Part shown: one piece after another, positions 62,735 to 64,000 of the stretch
How the letters are laid out: every line of letters begins with the position of its first letter
How positions within the stretch are numbered: the first letter of the stretch is position 1
From: Bacilli bacterium
GTDB lineage: Bacteria; Bacillota_I; Bacilli_A; RF39; UBA660
NCBI GenBank assembly: GCA_017544165.1
Contig: JAFYER010000001.1
Span: forward strand, 18,946-82,945
Length of the DNA stretch: 64,000 nucleotides
Direction of reading: 5' to 3'
The notes under the pieces: model-generated
The model's database searches: none
The model's input: the letters and a program-made list of their open reading frames with translations, nothing else
What the model was told of the DNA's origin: nothing
Position numbers and translations under genes: made by a program

Positions 62735-64000
62735 ATGAAAATTCAAAATGTTAAAGGAGGTTATGATTTTTTACCAAAAGAACAAAGGGTAAGAAATTAT
62801 ATTGTCGATACACTTCGAAAAGTATTCGAAGAATACGGATACAACTCAATTGAAACGCCAATATTATGTTATTATGATATTTTAAGTGATAAATATGATG
62901 AAAAAAGTGATATTTTAAAAGAGATATATCAATTATCTGACCAAGGAGAAAGAAAACTTGGACTTAGATATGATTTAACTGTACCATTTGCTAAATTTAT
63001 AGCTCTTAATAAAAATGTATTAAATATGCCTTTTAAAAGATATGAGATAAATAAAGTGTTTAGAGATGGCCCTGTAAAATTAGGCAGAGATCGTGAGTTT
63101 ACCCAATGTGATGTCGATGTTGTCGGTTTAGAGGGGCAATTTATTGAAGCAGAACTTATGACTTTATATATTGAAGGCTTTAAAAGACTAGGTATAGATG
63201 TTTTCATTAAATATAACAGTCGTAAATTTATGAATGGCATCTTAATTGAAAGCGGCTTAGATGAAAGTAAGATTTCTTTAGCTACTACTATAATTGACAA
63301 AATGAATAAAATGTCTAAAGAGGAATTTAAGAAAGAATTATTAGATATTGGTATTAAAGAAAATGAATATAATTTTATAATTGATAATTTTTCTTTATCA
63401 CTTGCCGATCTTACTAAAAAATATAGTAATAGTAATAATGAATCACTTGTAAATGGTTTAAATGAACTTAATAGTTTAAATGATTATTTTAAAAAGTTAA
63501 ATATTACTGAAGATTGTCTATTTGATCCTACTCTTGCTAGAGGTCAAAACTATTATACGGGAAATGTTTTTGAGGTATATGATAAACAAAAACGTCTTAC
63601 TTGTAGCTTAGGTGGTGGAGGAAGGTATGATAATATCATTACTAATTTTATTAATGATGGTAATTTATATCCCACTGTTGGAATCAGCTTTGGTTTATCG
63701 CCAATATATGAAATATTAAAAAATGAACCAATGTTTAATGATAAGAGTAATATAACAATTTATATTATCCCAATGAATACTGAAGTAGAGTGTTTATCAC
63801 TTGCAAATATGTTAAGAAATTTAGGTATAAATGTTGAAATAGAGATGAAAAGAAAAAAGGTTGGTAAAGCCCTTGACTATGCTAACCGTGAAAAAATTCC
63901 TTATGTCATTGTCCTTGGCGAAGATGAAATCAAAAATAATCGATTCGTTTTAAAAGATATGTTAAATGGCAATGATACAGAAATAAAAATAGGGGATATT
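62735..64000 (+). CDS. hisS: histidine--tRNA ligase (3' end beyond the window)
   Basis: An open frame runs from ATG 62735 to the window end (422 codons). It is absent from the ORF track because no stop codon is reached. Class II motifs are present (KGGYDFLP, LRYDLTVPFAKF, FKRYEINKVFRDGPVKLGRDREFTQCDVDV, GGGGRYD). Confidence 0.9.
   Translation, partial: MKIQNVKGGYDFLPKEQRVRNYIVDTLRKVFEEYGYNSIETPILCYYDILSDKYDEKSDILKEIYQLSDQGERKLGLRYDLTVPFAKFIALNKNVLNMPFKRYEINKVFRDGPVKLGRDREFTQCDVDVVGLEGQFIEAELMTLYIEGFKRLGIDVFIKYNSRKFMNGILIESGLDESKISLATTIIDKMNKMSKEEFKKELLDIGIKENEYNFIIDNFSLSLADLTKKYSNSNNESLVNGLNELNSLNDYFKKLNITEDCLFDPTLARGQNYYTGNVFEVYDKQKRLTCSLGGGGRYDNIITNFINDGNLYPTVGISFGLSPIYEILKNEPMFNDKSNITIYIIPMNTEVECLSLANMLRNLGINVEIEMKRKKVGKALDYANREKIPYVIVLGEDEIKNNRFVLKDMLNGNDTEIKIGDI

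Overview
This is a 64-kb chromosomal window from a very AT-rich genome (roughly 30% G+C by eye). The organism is a cell-walled, PolC-type Bacillota. It uses the standard genetic code, because TGA terminates ORFs, for example dnaE. Synteny matches the B. subtilis yrzL-ruvX-yrzB-mltG-yrrM-yrrN-yrrO-greA block. A Mollicutes-related or Erysipelotrichia-like lineage is plausible, but that is inference only. Nearly all genes are on the + strand.

Housekeeping genes: tkt, rpmB, dnaE overlapping polC, mraZ-rsmH-ftsL-PBP, lon, murF-ddl, greA, tRNA-Thr(GGU), and hisS (cut by the window end).

Unusual content:
(1) An apparent 11-gene, 13.7-kb operon (29.7-43.4 kb). It encodes a 1,99x-aa and a 452-aa membrane-anchored beta-sandwich-repeat surface protein, followed by a non-canonical F1-like ATPase cluster. 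The cluster order is c-like, b/delta-like, alpha, beta, epsilon-like, two membrane proteins, a small protein, gamma-like. The c-like subunit has no membrane carboxylate, and no recognisable a subunit is present. The arrangement recalls the F1-like X0 ATPases of mycoplasmas and is the best candidate for an undescribed machine.
(2) Three paralogous ~600-750-aa surface proteins (8.4, 18.0, 49.8 kb). Two of them carry a 57% G+C, A-poor, almost purely NNY-codon hypervariable segment at a C-type-lectin-like C-terminus. A GC hairpin and a promoterless AAY-rich duplicate cassette lie downstream of the first. This is a diversity-generating-retroelement-like signature, but the window contains no reverse transcriptase.
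(3) A type III toxin-antitoxin locus (48.26-49.16 kb). The ToxN/AbiQ-like toxin carries an in-frame TAA, and the antitoxin repeat unit is duplicated as an orphan copy.
(4) A split HipA-like kinase plus a HipS-like::HIRAN gene pair, inserted at the 3' end of tkt between 26-nt direct repeats.
(5) A Gram-positive Tad/Flp pilus locus (52.1-56.6 kb), with the flp pilin gene 9 kb away.
(6) A ~5.7-kb integrative mobilizable element next to tRNA-Thr. It carries a large serine recombinase, a MobV relaxase and an HExxH cargo gene.
(7) A 20-codon leader peptide with three consecutive His codons, plus alternative hairpins and a terminator, in front of hisS.

All calls come from reading the sequence and the ORF track. 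No database search was run.
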